A stretch of DNA of 64,000 nt from Calditrichia bacterium. Lineage in GTDB: Bacteria; Calditrichota; Calditrichia; RBG-13-44-9; J075. Shown piece by piece: positions 39,133-48,187 of this stretch (the first letter of the stretch is position 1; every line of letters begins with the position of its first letter). The translations under genes and the position numbers were made by a program. Where the stretch lies: NCBI GenBank assembly GCA_050633245.1, contig JBOEGD010000031.1, forward strand, positions 1 to 64,000, written 5' to 3'. The notes beneath the pieces are model-generated. The model was given only the letters and a program-made list of their open reading frames with translations. It was not told the origin of the DNA and ran no database searches.

Positions 39133-39231
39133 AAGAACACAGCCGCTAACGGTAGCACATAATGTCCATGTTCGGCAGGAGCCTCACACGGCAGCTCATC
39201 AATAGAAAACCATCATTCAGTAATCAAAAAT

Positions 39232-39256
39232 TTGGCGGAGGTGCGTGGGAGTCGAA
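39232..39256 (-). repeat. att core: duplicate of the tRNA-Sec 3' end
   Basis: TTGGCGGAGGTGCGTGGGAGTCGAA identical to 42608-42632 (25 bp). Confidence 0.95.
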
Positions 39257-39409
39257 TACTCGCACGGAAAATCTTGTAAGCCGATGATTTTATGTAAGTT
39301 GCTGAATTGTCAATTATTTACAAAAATACGGTTTAGGGCCATTGTGTTTATTTGAAGGGCAATTTTTTCGAACGTGGTGACGTTTTTGGTGACGGAGTAT
39401 TTTGTATAT

Positions 39410-39496
39410 GTTCTTTTGATAAGACCAAAAGAACCAAAAGTCTTTTGGCTCGGGGAACTCACCGTCCCGGCTCGAAGAGATCGCGTCTTCTCATCC
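39410..39496. repeat. Structured ~90-bp repeat, copy 4
   Basis: TTCTTTTG-ATAAGAC-CAAAAGAA-CCAAAA-GTCTT, AACTC....TCCCGGCTC, TCATCC. Confidence 0.85.
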
Positions 39497-39578
39497 CTGA
39501 GTTTAAAGAATCGAATACTAATGCGAATTTAATGGGTTAGCACAATTAAATAATTTCATATAAACACAGCTTACATAT

Positions 39579-40172
39579 TTAGTCGTCCACACTTAACGCC
39601 AAGTGCCATGCGGCAGTTATAATTTTTTGAATGTTTTCCAGATCTTCTTCATCCCGAGGTGCATAAACCATTACCAGAACAAGCCCGTCATCCATTAATT
39701 TGTTACTCCAGGGATGCTTGATACCCCACCCCTTCTCATTCACCTGTTGGAATTCTTTCTCCGTCAATGCCAAATGCTGTGAACCAGGCCCAGGCTCTAT
39801 ATGAATGTGGGTAAACTCCCTGTTAATCTGTTTATTTACGTTTACATCGGCATTGATATAGGCACCAAATGCTGAAGGCAGACTATTACGAGATTGTTTT
39901 TCTTCAACATGATCCAGGGAAAATAAAAAGGATTTCAATTTTTCCAGCACCTCAGGAGGTGAATTTTGATCCAATTGCTGATGGGGCACCATATCCGGAA
40001 CCTGGGGAGGAGTACCGGATCTTTTATCCAGGATAAGTTCATAAGTCTCAACTTTAGTTGTCATATTTGAAGCCCCCTCCTTCGAACACGCAGATCCAAT
40101 ACTAGACAATAAACATAATATGAGCGGCCCGGCAAGCCAGGACGGCATTATCTGATATTTCATTTCGATCAT
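39579..40172 (-). CDS. DUF5519 (luciferase-like domain) protein
   Basis: PHQQLDQN, REFTHIH...GSQHLAL, GWG..HP, VMVYAPRDEE. Confidence 0.8.
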   Translation of the reverse strand: MIEMKYQIMPSWLAGPLILCLLSSIGSACSKEGASNMTTKVETYELILDKRSGTPPQVPDMVPHQQLDQNSPPEVLEKLKSFLFSLDHVEEKQSRNSLPSAFGAYINADVNVNKQINREFTHIHIEPGPGSQHLALTEKEFQQVNEKGWGIKHPWSNKLMDDGLVLVMVYAPRDEEDLENIQKIITAAWHLALSVDD

Positions 40173-40212
40173 TTCTTTATTCCGATATTTAATGGGTCAA
40201 AAGTTATTGAGC

Positions 40213-41127
40213 TTATTTAGAATTTTGAACAGGTCTCCACGGGAAAGGGCCCATAAACTCATCCAATAAGATTCTCCAGGCATTCATAGGCAACCACTGT
40301 TCGTACATTGCCCAGTTTTCATATTTAGGCAATTTTAAGATAGAAGGAATCATCATGGGGTTTGTGCCTTTTTTAAATTCAGCAAAAATTGCACCTCGCA
40401 AATCTTTTATAAATTGGAGTTCATCAATTGCATCCTGTTTATTGCCACCTTGCAAAGCATTTTCGCTTTCATTATGTGAATACACAGCCTTATCAAAGTC
40501 CAATTTGATAACTTCTTCAATAGATCTTTCCAACTCTTTGATATTAAAATCCGGAACGATTGAAAAAAGAACGCGGTTTGGGGTTATTAAATCGGCTATA
40601 TAGGTAACCTTTTCTTCCGGTAATAAAAATACTGTCATTCCCATTCCGTGATTCATTCCAAGGTAATGCATCTCCAAAGTGGTTTTCCCTAAAACAATAT
40701 CTTTTCTGTTACCGGACCAGCTTTCATCAGGAACCACCATATCCTGTCCGACGTTTGCCTTCATCCAATTAAATGCTTCCAAGTGGGCAATCGTTTTAGC
40801 ACCCTCATTTTTGAAAACTTGGCCGCCACTTGAGTGATCCCAATGGTTATGACTGTGGAGTAAATACTTAATCGGCAATTGAGTGATTTCTCTAATGGCT
40901 TTTACCATTTCAGTCGAATGCTTTGAATCAAAAGACTCAATTACAATCACTCCTTCACTTGTTACGATGAACATTGAATAAACTCCGTGGCCTGATCCGA
41001 AGCTATAGACATCTTTGGCGATTTCCACCACATTTTGAGGTTTATTCTGAGCTTGCGATACGGAAAGAAATCCGATTATAATCATACAGGCAATTAGTAT
41101 CCCTGTTGGTTCGAATATGTTTTTCAT
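40213..41127 (-). CDS. Secreted metallo-beta-lactamase-fold hydrolase
   Basis: SHNHWDH metal motif, GMNHG, ADL, YSH; signal peptide. Confidence 0.9.
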   Translation of the reverse strand: MKNIFEPTGILIACMIIIGFLSVSQAQNKPQNVVEIAKDVYSFGSGHGVYSMFIVTSEGVIVIESFDSKHSTEMVKAIREITQLPIKYLLHSHNHWDHSSGGQVFKNEGAKTIAHLEAFNWMKANVGQDMVVPDESWSGNRKDIVLGKTTLEMHYLGMNHGMGMTVFLLPEEKVTYIADLITPNRVLFSIVPDFNIKELERSIEEVIKLDFDKAVYSHNESENALQGGNKQDAIDELQFIKDLRGAIFAEFKKGTNPMMIPSILKLPKYENWAMYEQWLPMNAWRILLDEFMGPFPWRPVQNSK

Positions 41128-41498
41128 GATTTACCTTTCGCTGGTTATATCGACACGATCTATCGGGGAGAGTACCCCTCATTGAGCTGACGATAATGTA
41201 AGAGCAATCATGAAAATTGTCATTCACCCAGGTTAACCAATAAAAAAAGTCCACCATCCATTATGGGTAACCGCTGTTTAAATTGTGAAAAGTATTCGGG
41301 CTGGCCTGACAAGACACATAACGAGAAAGCCCTAAACCCTATGCTTTTATAAGTTTAAAAGATCCTGCAAAGAATGATCCGACCAAAGGCTACACGTTCA
41401 TATGGAATTGAGTTCCAATTCCAAAAAACATTTGAAAGAGAACCTGAATAGTTAAAAATATTCGATTTTATGAGCACAGGCTAATGAAAGCTGAACGG

Positions 41499-42071
41499 CT
41501 AAAGGCTTTTTCGAATGCGGCTTAATGATTGGGGTTTGATACTCAAGTAAGAGGCGATTAGATAATGCGGCATGTGATCCATTAATTGAGGGTAGTTCTT
41601 GATAAGGTCAAGGTATCGCTGTTTTGCGCTACTACTGTGCAATTCAAATACTCGATCAATAAGATCAGTGTAGGCATTTTGAATAGATTTCCTAAAATAT
41701 CTTTCGAAAACAGGGTGTTTATTAATAATGTAGTCGAACGTATCACGATTTATCAAGAGTAATTCTGTTGGTTGATATGCACGGATATAAAATTTTGACG
41801 GTTTCTCCGTAAAGAAGCTGATGAGATCCCCCAGCCATGATCCTGTCCAGCGTATTTGCAAGACATGGATATCACCATCAAGGTCGACTCGATAGTTTAC
41901 CATTAGCCCCTTATTAATAAATGGCAAATATTGGATCGTTTCTCCCTCCCTCAATAAATACTCTTTGTTCCTTAATTCTTTTACTTCTGCTCTTTCTTCA
42001 ATTGCATAATAGTCTTCGCTCGAAAGATTTACAAAATGGCTAAGGGTTTTAAATAAAGTAGGATATTTCAT
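41499..42071 (-). CDS. Crp/Fnr family transcriptional regulator
   Basis: LLREGE..LPFINKGL cNMP domain; AKQRY...IASYL.IKPQSLSRIRK. Confidence 0.92.
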   Translation of the reverse strand: MKYPTLFKTLSHFVNLSSEDYYAIEERAEVKELRNKEYLLREGETIQYLPFINKGLMVNYRVDLDGDIHVLQIRWTGSWLGDLISFFTEKPSKFYIRAYQPTELLLINRDTFDYIINKHPVFERYFRKSIQNAYTDLIDRVFELHSSSAKQRYLDLIKNYPQLMDHMPHYLIASYLSIKPQSLSRIRKSL

Positions 42072-42372
42072 ATTACCTAGATGTCCATTTATCCAATAGC
42101 TGACTGAGTTTTGCCTTCTTCGATATTTAAAAGAGCTAATACACTGTTTTATATGACTTAATCATCTTAACATTGCAAAAAATATACGAAATGCATTCAT
42201 ATATTTCAAATACTGATCCCCCAGTTTATTAACAAAACAAACCACCCGCTTCTTGCTCGGCACTTGATGACTCGTTAAAACAGCAGGCAATATGCTTAAT
42301 AATTCCTAAAAGCGTTGGCAAAGAGAGAATAATATGGCGGGTAAGGTCTGTGGACAGTGTATTTTACTTATA

Positions 42373-42398
42373 TTTTTTTGAAAAGACCAAAAGAACCA
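42373..42398. repeat. Structured repeat, truncated copy 5
   Basis: TTTTTTTG-AAAAGAC-CAAAAGAACCA only. Confidence 0.75.
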
Positions 42399-42608
42399 TT
42401 ACGCAGCGGCGGGAGGCGCGTGAAACTCTTCCGGTACGTCGAGATCAGACAACCCTAATCGTCTCATCTCTGGGAAACAAAAAGATCTTGCTGCTGGAAA
42501 TTTTATCAAGGAATTGAGCTTTTTCCTATCAGCGAATATAGTGAGCGATCCGACCTCTGTCAGTGAGTCCGACAAGTCGGAAGAACGATCTGACATCTGT
42601 AGTTAAAT

Positions 42609-42705
42609 TGGCGGAGGTGCGTGGGAGTCGAACCCACCTGTCCCGGTCTGCCGAGACACGCGCGGCTTTGAAGGCCGGGGAGGACACCGGTCCTCAACCA
42701 CCTCC
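42609..42705 (-). tRNA. selC: tRNA-Sec (anticodon UCA)
   Basis: 97 nt GGAGGTGG...GGCCTTCAAAGCC...long variable arm...GGTTCGACTCC...CACCTCCGCCA; long acceptor stem, encoded CCA. Confidence 0.95.
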
Positions 42706-42714
42706 TTATTAGGG

Positions 42715-43043
42715 CGTTTCGCTGCGCTCACTGATAGATCGTCCCGACGATTCGGGACTGGTAGAACGCAGCTGCGCTGCTGATGGAACGCTCACTTCGT
42801 GAGCTGGTAGAACGTTCGCTATGCTCACTGGTAGGACGCAGCAGATCTGCTTGTTGATCGCTCGCTAGCCTCGCGGTAGAAACTATCCCCTGCCAGTCCG
42901 ACGAAGAAGGGCAACCTACAAACTACCAGCGAAGGCCAAAGGCCGAAGTGAACTACAAGTGAGTGCAGCGAACGACTACCAGCGAAGGCCAGAGGTCGGA
43001 GCGTTCTACCCCCTATCAACGAACGCAGTGAGTGATCTACCAA
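42715..43043. repeat. Two-armed array of CTGGTAGAACG-like 11-mers with hairpin spacers
   Basis: Seven forward copies (42731-42883) and about six reverse-complement copies (42920-43043). Confidence 0.85.
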
Positions 43044-44087
43044 CTATGCCTTTAATTCGCTTAGCTTTTTCTTCAGCAAATCAATACTCGCAATAGTCAA
43101 CGGATCTTTTTCGTTCAACATTGCAAGATAATAGCTAGCCCAGTCACCGGTGTAGATCATGGAAAAAAGACGTGCAAGACGCGATTCACCATTTGAGAAC
43201 ACTTCACCAAAAAGAATGTTCTTTTTCTTGAGGATGCCCTTGGTGATTTTTATACGCTGCGCCGTGCGTGGATTTTCTTCTTTATCGCGAAGAAAAATAA
43301 CGCGAAAATGCTGCATCACATCCGGCAAACCTTCCCAGCCAATAATCTCGTTGTGATTCATTTCCGGGAAAACATTGCTGAACGCCATGGTCTTGGAGTT
43401 CTCATTAAACTGGTTTTGCCAACGCACGGTAACGGGATCAAGATGCGCAACACCAGAGTAGACAACCGGCACGGCATGATAGATACTCTGTGCTACATGA
43501 TTTGCCAGGTTATTGCCCTGCGTCTCATTCGGGTCGTAACGAGTAGAGAGTTCATTCAAGATTTCAATCGTCTCGTTAATGTCCTTCTTCTTCACTTTGA
43601 TAAAGCCCAATTTATCCAATACCAGCAGTTGGGAAAAAAACATATGACCAAGCGCCTGACGCGGCGGGTATCCTTCAACAACATTTACAAATGGATGACC
43701 ACGTTTCTTACAAATGGCTTCCAGTTCACCACCGGAAGTAATGCCCACCATTTTTGCTCCGCGACGAAGCCCATACTTTACGGCAGATAACGTTTCTTCA
43801 GTATTGCCGGAATAACTTGAGGCGATCAGCAGTGTTTCTTTGCCCACATAAGACGGAAGCGTATAGTCGCGATTCACGGATACCGGCACCTTCAATTCAT
43901 CACGTGTATAAGAAGCAAGGATGTCACCGGCGATAGCAGAACCGCCCATCCCGACAAACACAATATTCTGAATCCCTGAAACATCCAGATCAATTGAGTA
44001 AGTTTTCATCTGCTTCACAACACTGACCGGCTGATCCGGAAAGTCTTTCAGAAAAGCAATAAAATTAGACCGATCATGCTCAAGCAT
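43044..44087 (-). CDS. Bifunctional phosphoglucose/phosphomannose isomerase
   Basis: GMGGSAI, SYSGNTEET, ITSGG, PPR, NENSK, PEMNHNEI; start moved to MLEHD. Confidence 0.94.
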   Translation of the reverse strand: MLEHDRSNFIAFLKDFPDQPVSVVKQMKTYSIDLDVSGIQNIVFVGMGGSAIAGDILASYTRDELKVPVSVNRDYTLPSYVGKETLLIASSYSGNTEETLSAVKYGLRRGAKMVGITSGGELEAICKKRGHPFVNVVEGYPPRQALGHMFFSQLLVLDKLGFIKVKKKDINETIEILNELSTRYDPNETQGNNLANHVAQSIYHAVPVVYSGVAHLDPVTVRWQNQFNENSKTMAFSNVFPEMNHNEIIGWEGLPDVMQHFRVIFLRDKEENPRTAQRIKITKGILKKKNILFGEVFSNGESRLARLFSMIYTGDWASYYLAMLNEKDPLTIASIDLLKKKLSELKA

Positions 44088-44252
44088 AGCACTACCCCCG
44101 TAGGTTTGTTCTTCTTTTTCCCTCATCCCTTTGGGACCTCACAATTTTATCCGGAGATTCCGGATTGATTTTTATTATTATCGTTTATTGACTGTAACAC
44201 TTTGAAAGACGCCTAAGTTTATCGAAGGGTTTAGCCAAATACTTGAACCTAA

Positions 44253-44288
44253 GCTGTGTCTTACGCTGTGTCTTACGCTGTGTCTTAC
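44253..44288. repeat. 12-bp tandem repeat (GCTGTGTCTTAC)x3
   Basis: Read directly. Confidence 0.9.
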
Positions 44289-44293
44289 GCTCT

Positions 44294-44317
44294 GGCTTCG
44301 ACTCCGCTCAGCCTGAC
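44294..44317. repeat. REP-like hairpin GGCTTCGACTCCGCTCAGCCTGAC
   Basis: Reverse complement resembles the element at 27535. Confidence 0.7.
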
Positions 44318-44327
44318 GCGGTAGCTC

Positions 44328-44390
44328 TTATTTGCCGCCCGTTTTCTCACGTCTGTTTTCTACCGTCTGTTATTTGCCGTCCGTTATTTC
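44328..44390. repeat. Degenerate 14-bp (2x7) tandem repeat abutting the ptsI stop
   Basis: TTATTTG CCGCCCG TTTTCTC ACGTCTG TTTTCTA CCGTCTG TTATTTG CCGTCCG TTATTTC. Confidence 0.75.
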
Positions 44391-46175
44391 CTATGCCTCC
44401 CGGCCATGTAGTAAAACCGGAAAACGTTCAGCAACAAAGGCAACCGCTTGTTTCTCGATTTCCTGACTTGTTTGCAGCGTCAACAATTGGTTATGTAGCT
44501 CAAGACAATCTTTAATAGCCAGTTCACGCACAATCTTTTTCATACCGGGGATCACCATATTCGACGCGCTCAAGCTGGTGTAATCCATGGCAAGCAACAG
44601 CGGCAGCGCAGCAGGGTCACCAGCCATTTCCCCGCAAACCGTAACCGGAATATTCGCGCGTGCTGCAGCTTCAGACACCTGCTTCAACATCCGTAGAATC
44701 GCCGGATGAAAATGACTATACAATCGCGAAATCTTCTCATTACCACGATCGACAGCAAGCGTATATTGCACAAGGTCATTTGTCCCAACACTAAAAAAGT
44801 CCACTTCAGCAGCAAACATATCCGCCATGACAACCGCGGACGGAATTTCGATCATCATACCAATTGGAATGTCTTCATTGATAGAAAGTCCCCGATCACG
44901 CAGCTGCTGCTTCGCCTCTTCAAACAGTTCTTTGATTTGAAAGATTTCTTCAAGACCACTTACCATCGGCAGCAAAATTTTTATGTTGCCAAGAGTATTT
45001 GCACGCAGAATTGCCTTAAACTGTGCCAGAAATCCGGTTTTATGATCGAGCCAAAAGCGAATTGCCCGCCAACCCAGAAATGGATTGTCTTCACCAGCAC
45101 GAATCAGATCCGGTAATATTTTATCGCCACCAATATCCAGCGTGCGAATAACCACCTCATGCGGATGCATCTGTTCCGCTACAGCACGATAGATCTCAGT
45201 CTGTTCATCTTCTGAAGGCAAATCAGTACGATCGAGGAAAATCCCCTCTGTACGAAAAAGGCCGATTCCATCAGCATCGACCTTCATAACATTATTCATT
45301 TCCCCTTCAAACTCAATATTTGCTTGAATGGCAATTCGCCGCCCATCCAAGGTTCGAGTTTCAAGCGAAGCATCTTTCAGCAACTGCGCTCTGGAGGAAT
45401 TCTGCTGATCACGCAGCTGCGTAAACTCAGCAATCGTCTCTGCGGTAGGATTCAAAATAACCTTGCCGCTGCCGCCGTCAATTACAACTCGTCTGGCGAA
45501 CCGGGTTGCTTCGGTAGCGTTATGAATTCCAACGACGGCCGGCACCCCCAGTGATCGGGCAACAATAGCAGTATGCGAATTTTTTCCACCCGCATTGGTT
45601 ACAAATCCGAGCACCTTTTGCTGGTGCAAGTGAACCGTATCAGACGGGCTGAGATTAGCAGCAATAACAACGGCAGGTTCCTGCAGGTCAATAGCAGAAA
45701 AGCTGTCGTTGATTTCGTTTATCAATAATTTCTTTAAGGATTGGATATCGAATGCCCGGTCTTTAAAGTATTCATCGCTCATTTCCAGAAACATTTCCTT
45801 CTTCTGGCGAAAAATAACAAATGTGGCATAAGAGGCTTCCAGCAATTTTTCTTCAATCGCCGTTTCCACCTCACCTAAAAAGTATTTGTCTTCCAATAGT
45901 CCAAGCTGCATTAGCAATACTTCTGCAAGATCATCCCCGTATTGCTGTGACATTTTTTTAAAAGCAATCCCCAACTGTTCTTGTACATTGCGAACAGCCT
46001 TTTGAAATATCTCGATCTCGCGGGCTACCTGATCCGGTGAAATCGAGCATTTCTCCGGAATCCAGACTTCCTCCTGATGTAAGAATACAGGCCCCAACAC
46101 AATTCCCGGTGAGGCTGCAGTTCCCTTCAGGACGATTTCCCGCTGCGTTTGCGAGTCTTTTGTCTGATCGTTCAT
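44391..46175 (-). CDS. ptsI: PTS enzyme I (phosphoenolpyruvate-protein phosphotransferase)
   Basis: GGKNSHTAIVARS phospho-His, GIGLFRTE, RTLDIGGDK, NPFLGWRAIR, SVGTNDLVQY, CGEMAG. Confidence 0.97.
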   Translation of the reverse strand: MNDQTKDSQTQREIVLKGTAASPGIVLGPVFLHQEEVWIPEKCSISPDQVAREIEIFQKAVRNVQEQLGIAFKKMSQQYGDDLAEVLLMQLGLLEDKYFLGEVETAIEEKLLEASYATFVIFRQKKEMFLEMSDEYFKDRAFDIQSLKKLLINEINDSFSAIDLQEPAVVIAANLSPSDTVHLHQQKVLGFVTNAGGKNSHTAIVARSLGVPAVVGIHNATEATRFARRVVIDGGSGKVILNPTAETIAEFTQLRDQQNSSRAQLLKDASLETRTLDGRRIAIQANIEFEGEMNNVMKVDADGIGLFRTEGIFLDRTDLPSEDEQTEIYRAVAEQMHPHEVVIRTLDIGGDKILPDLIRAGEDNPFLGWRAIRFWLDHKTGFLAQFKAILRANTLGNIKILLPMVSGLEEIFQIKELFEEAKQQLRDRGLSINEDIPIGMMIEIPSAVVMADMFAAEVDFFSVGTNDLVQYTLAVDRGNEKISRLYSHFHPAILRMLKQVSEAAARANIPVTVCGEMAGDPAALPLLLAMDYTSLSASNMVIPGMKKIVRELAIKDCLELHNQLLTLQTSQEIEKQAVAFVAERFPVLLHGREA

Positions 46176-46224
46176 ATGAGCTGTCTACCTCCTCTGCACG
46201 CATGAGAGAGGTGGTTAGAATCGC

Positions 46225-46497
46225 TTACTCCTCGTAAAATTTGTTCTCAATCAGCTCCGAAATCGCCTCCATCGCGGCCTCGGCATCATCACCATCAATC
46301 ATTATATCTACATTGCTGCCGGTTTCTGCCGCCAGCGTCATTAATCCCATAATGCTTTTGCCATTGGCAACAAGACCATCTTTGGCAATATCAATTTTCG
46401 ACTTAAAGCGACCGGCTGTTTTTACAAAATGGGCCGCCGGACGGGCATGTAATCCAAACTTGTTTTTTATAGTAAAGGTTTTCTTCAGCGCTGGCAT
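46225..46497 (-). CDS. ptsH: HPr phosphocarrier protein
   Basis: GLHARPA (His15) and NGKSIMGLM (Ser46). Confidence 0.97.
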   Translation of the reverse strand: MPALKKTFTIKNKFGLHARPAAHFVKTAGRFKSKIDIAKDGLVANGKSIMGLMTLAAETGSNVDIMIDGDDAEAAMEAISELIENKFYEE

Positions 46498-46504
46498 GAA
46501 TAAC

Positions 46505-47311
46505 TCAAAGTGTTAGGTTGACGTAGCCTGCAGCTATTGCAAGCATCAAAACAATCGAAACGGTTAGATAGAAATTCCTGATGTATACGTGAGCGAGGAT
46601 AGAGCCCAGAGTCAATACGGGTAAAACAATCGCATTTCCTGTGTGTTCCAGCCCCATTGTACGCATTAAAACCACTAAAAACAATATAAACCCGACGACG
46701 CCAATAGAACGATAAACGGCTCCGACACGCTTAAAGACTTCCACCGGAAAATCGCTAACAATTTCCGGTCCACGCTCATATCCATCGACCAAACCTTTCC
46801 ACCTTAGATACACGTGAGGCACATTATAGATCAGAAACGAAGCGATTAAAACAAGTAAAATAGAATTTGGTTCCGAGACCAACGTCAGCAGCGCCACTCC
46901 CAGAATCAGCGTAAACGGCTTTATGCGAAACCAGAACAAATTGTCTCCGATAGCACCAAGCGTTCCCACAAGGACTCCCTTAAGGCGTTCCAGTTTGCTA
47001 CCGGCAGTTTCATCTCCATTCGCAGAGGCTTCTTCCAAATGAGCGGAGATCCCAAGCGCATAAGAAGCCATGTAAGGATGGGAGTTAAAAAATTCCAGAT
47101 GTCGCTCCAAGCAGGCACGCTGGTCGGCAGGATCGTGATAGAGCTTCTTGATCACCGGAATAAGAGATACCCCAAAGCCAATGGAAATAAGACTGCGATA
47201 ATTCCAAACGGACTGGATAAAGAAGCTACGCAAAAAGACACTAAACAGATCCCACCGGGTAATTCGAATGTCTTTATTCGAAGAGTTTGTGGTGTGTTCT
47301 GTTTTATGCAA
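46505..47311 (-). CDS. PTS mannose/fructose/sorbose family IID component
   Basis: RSFFIQSVWNY, RHLEFFNSHPY, GAIGD.LFW; likely TTG start with GGAG RBS. Confidence 0.9.
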   Translation of the reverse strand: MHKTEHTTNSSNKDIRITRWDLFSVFLRSFFIQSVWNYRSLISIGFGVSLIPVIKKLYHDPADQRACLERHLEFFNSHPYMASYALGISAHLEEASANGDETAGSKLERLKGVLVGTLGAIGDNLFWFRIKPFTLILGVALLTLVSEPNSILLVLIASFLIYNVPHVYLRWKGLVDGYERGPEIVSDFPVEVFKRVGAVYRSIGVVGFILFLVVLMRTMGLEHTGNAIVLPVLTLGSILAHVYIRNFYLTVSIVLMLAIAAGYVNLTL

Positions 47312-47330
47312 TTGAGTTTCTCCGAACGCC

Positions 47331-47963
47331 TTAAACGCGGTTTTTGTAGGTATTCCAAATGAGATGTGCTGTAAGTCCAATCCCCATTGCCCACACGGCA
47401 GGCTTTACGAATCGTAAAATCATCTCAGTTTCTGCTGGTAATTGTGCCTGTAGCTGAGGCAGTAGCCATTGACTTATGCTGAGAACAATAGCCACTAAAA
47501 CCGCGATGAGTCCGGCATAAAAAAGCCCTCCCATAATATCCAGAACAAGGATTCGTCGAAAATTCAATTTTTCCGCCGCTTCAAGCGTCATATCAAGAAT
47601 GGAGTTATTGAGTTTTCGGTCCAGAACGGTAATTTGCGAAGCGAGAGCGCTGACTGAAATACCGGCGACAAAAGCGTAAGCAAACACCAGATTTTCGCTG
47701 CCGACTATCGGAGAGATAATAACAATCGCGCAGGTAACCATGGAACCAACGCCTCCCTCCGGAAACGTCGACGCACCTACTGGCATAACATTTACCCACA
47801 GCAACTGCATAATCATGCCAATTTCTACGCCAAGCAGCGGATCTCCCAACACCATCCCCAAAATACTGCATCCGAAAATCGGCTGAGACAGCAGCATCTG
47901 CAAAGCAATGGTCGAATCCAGTGCAAGAACGCCAATAACAAAAGATGCGGTAAAAATTGACAT
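47331..47963 (-). CDS. PTS mannose family IIC component
   Basis: LALD...LSQPI...GMVLGD..LG..IG..QLLW....PVGAS. Confidence 0.88.
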   Translation of the reverse strand: MSIFTASFVIGVLALDSTIALQMLLSQPIFGCSILGMVLGDPLLGVEIGMIMQLLWVNVMPVGASTFPEGGVGSMVTCAIVIISPIVGSENLVFAYAFVAGISVSALASQITVLDRKLNNSILDMTLEAAEKLNFRRILVLDIMGGLFYAGLIAVLVAIVLSISQWLLPQLQAQLPAETEMILRFVKPAVWAMGIGLTAHLIWNTYKNRV

Positions 47964-48035
47964 ACGCGTGCCAGATTATTGAAATGAGTTGATATAGAAT
48001 AGTATCGACAAGGAAGGGAGAAAGTCAACAACTTA

Positions 48036-48112
48036 TCAGAACTCAGAACTCAGAACTCAGAACTCAGAACTCAGAACTCAGAACTCAGAACTCAGAACTC
48101 AGAACTCAGAAC
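48036..48112. repeat. Heptamer array (TCAGAAC)x11
   Basis: Eleven perfect units. Confidence 0.98.
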
Positions 48113-48187
48113 TAAACCTGCAGAAATTCAAAAAATTTCATGAAAGTCTTAATTAAAGATATAGCAATAGAAAAAGAGGGGATTTAA

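Larger units (their letters stand above)
39232..42632. mobile_element. tRNA-Sec-integrated islet (3.4 kb), no integrase
   Basis: 25-bp direct repeats; IHF-like sites near 39277 and 39295; arm-like TGGTGACG repeats at 39375 and 39387; AT-richer cargo. Confidence 0.8.

Noticed and set aside
39142-39176. Integron attC site (GCCGCTAAC...GTTCGGC) after the membrane protein gene
   Set aside because: It is only about 35 bp, lacks recognisable L boxes, is a single copy, and there is no intI. At most it is a remnant.
40213-41127. Class B antibiotic-resistance beta-lactamase
   Set aside because: It has only the generic HxHxDH fold motif and lacks the B1 Cys, so the substrate cannot be inferred.
42715-43043. 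CRISPR array
   Set aside because: Repeats are only about 11 bp and degenerate, spacers are 11-19 bp hairpins, orientation flips midway, and there are no cas genes.
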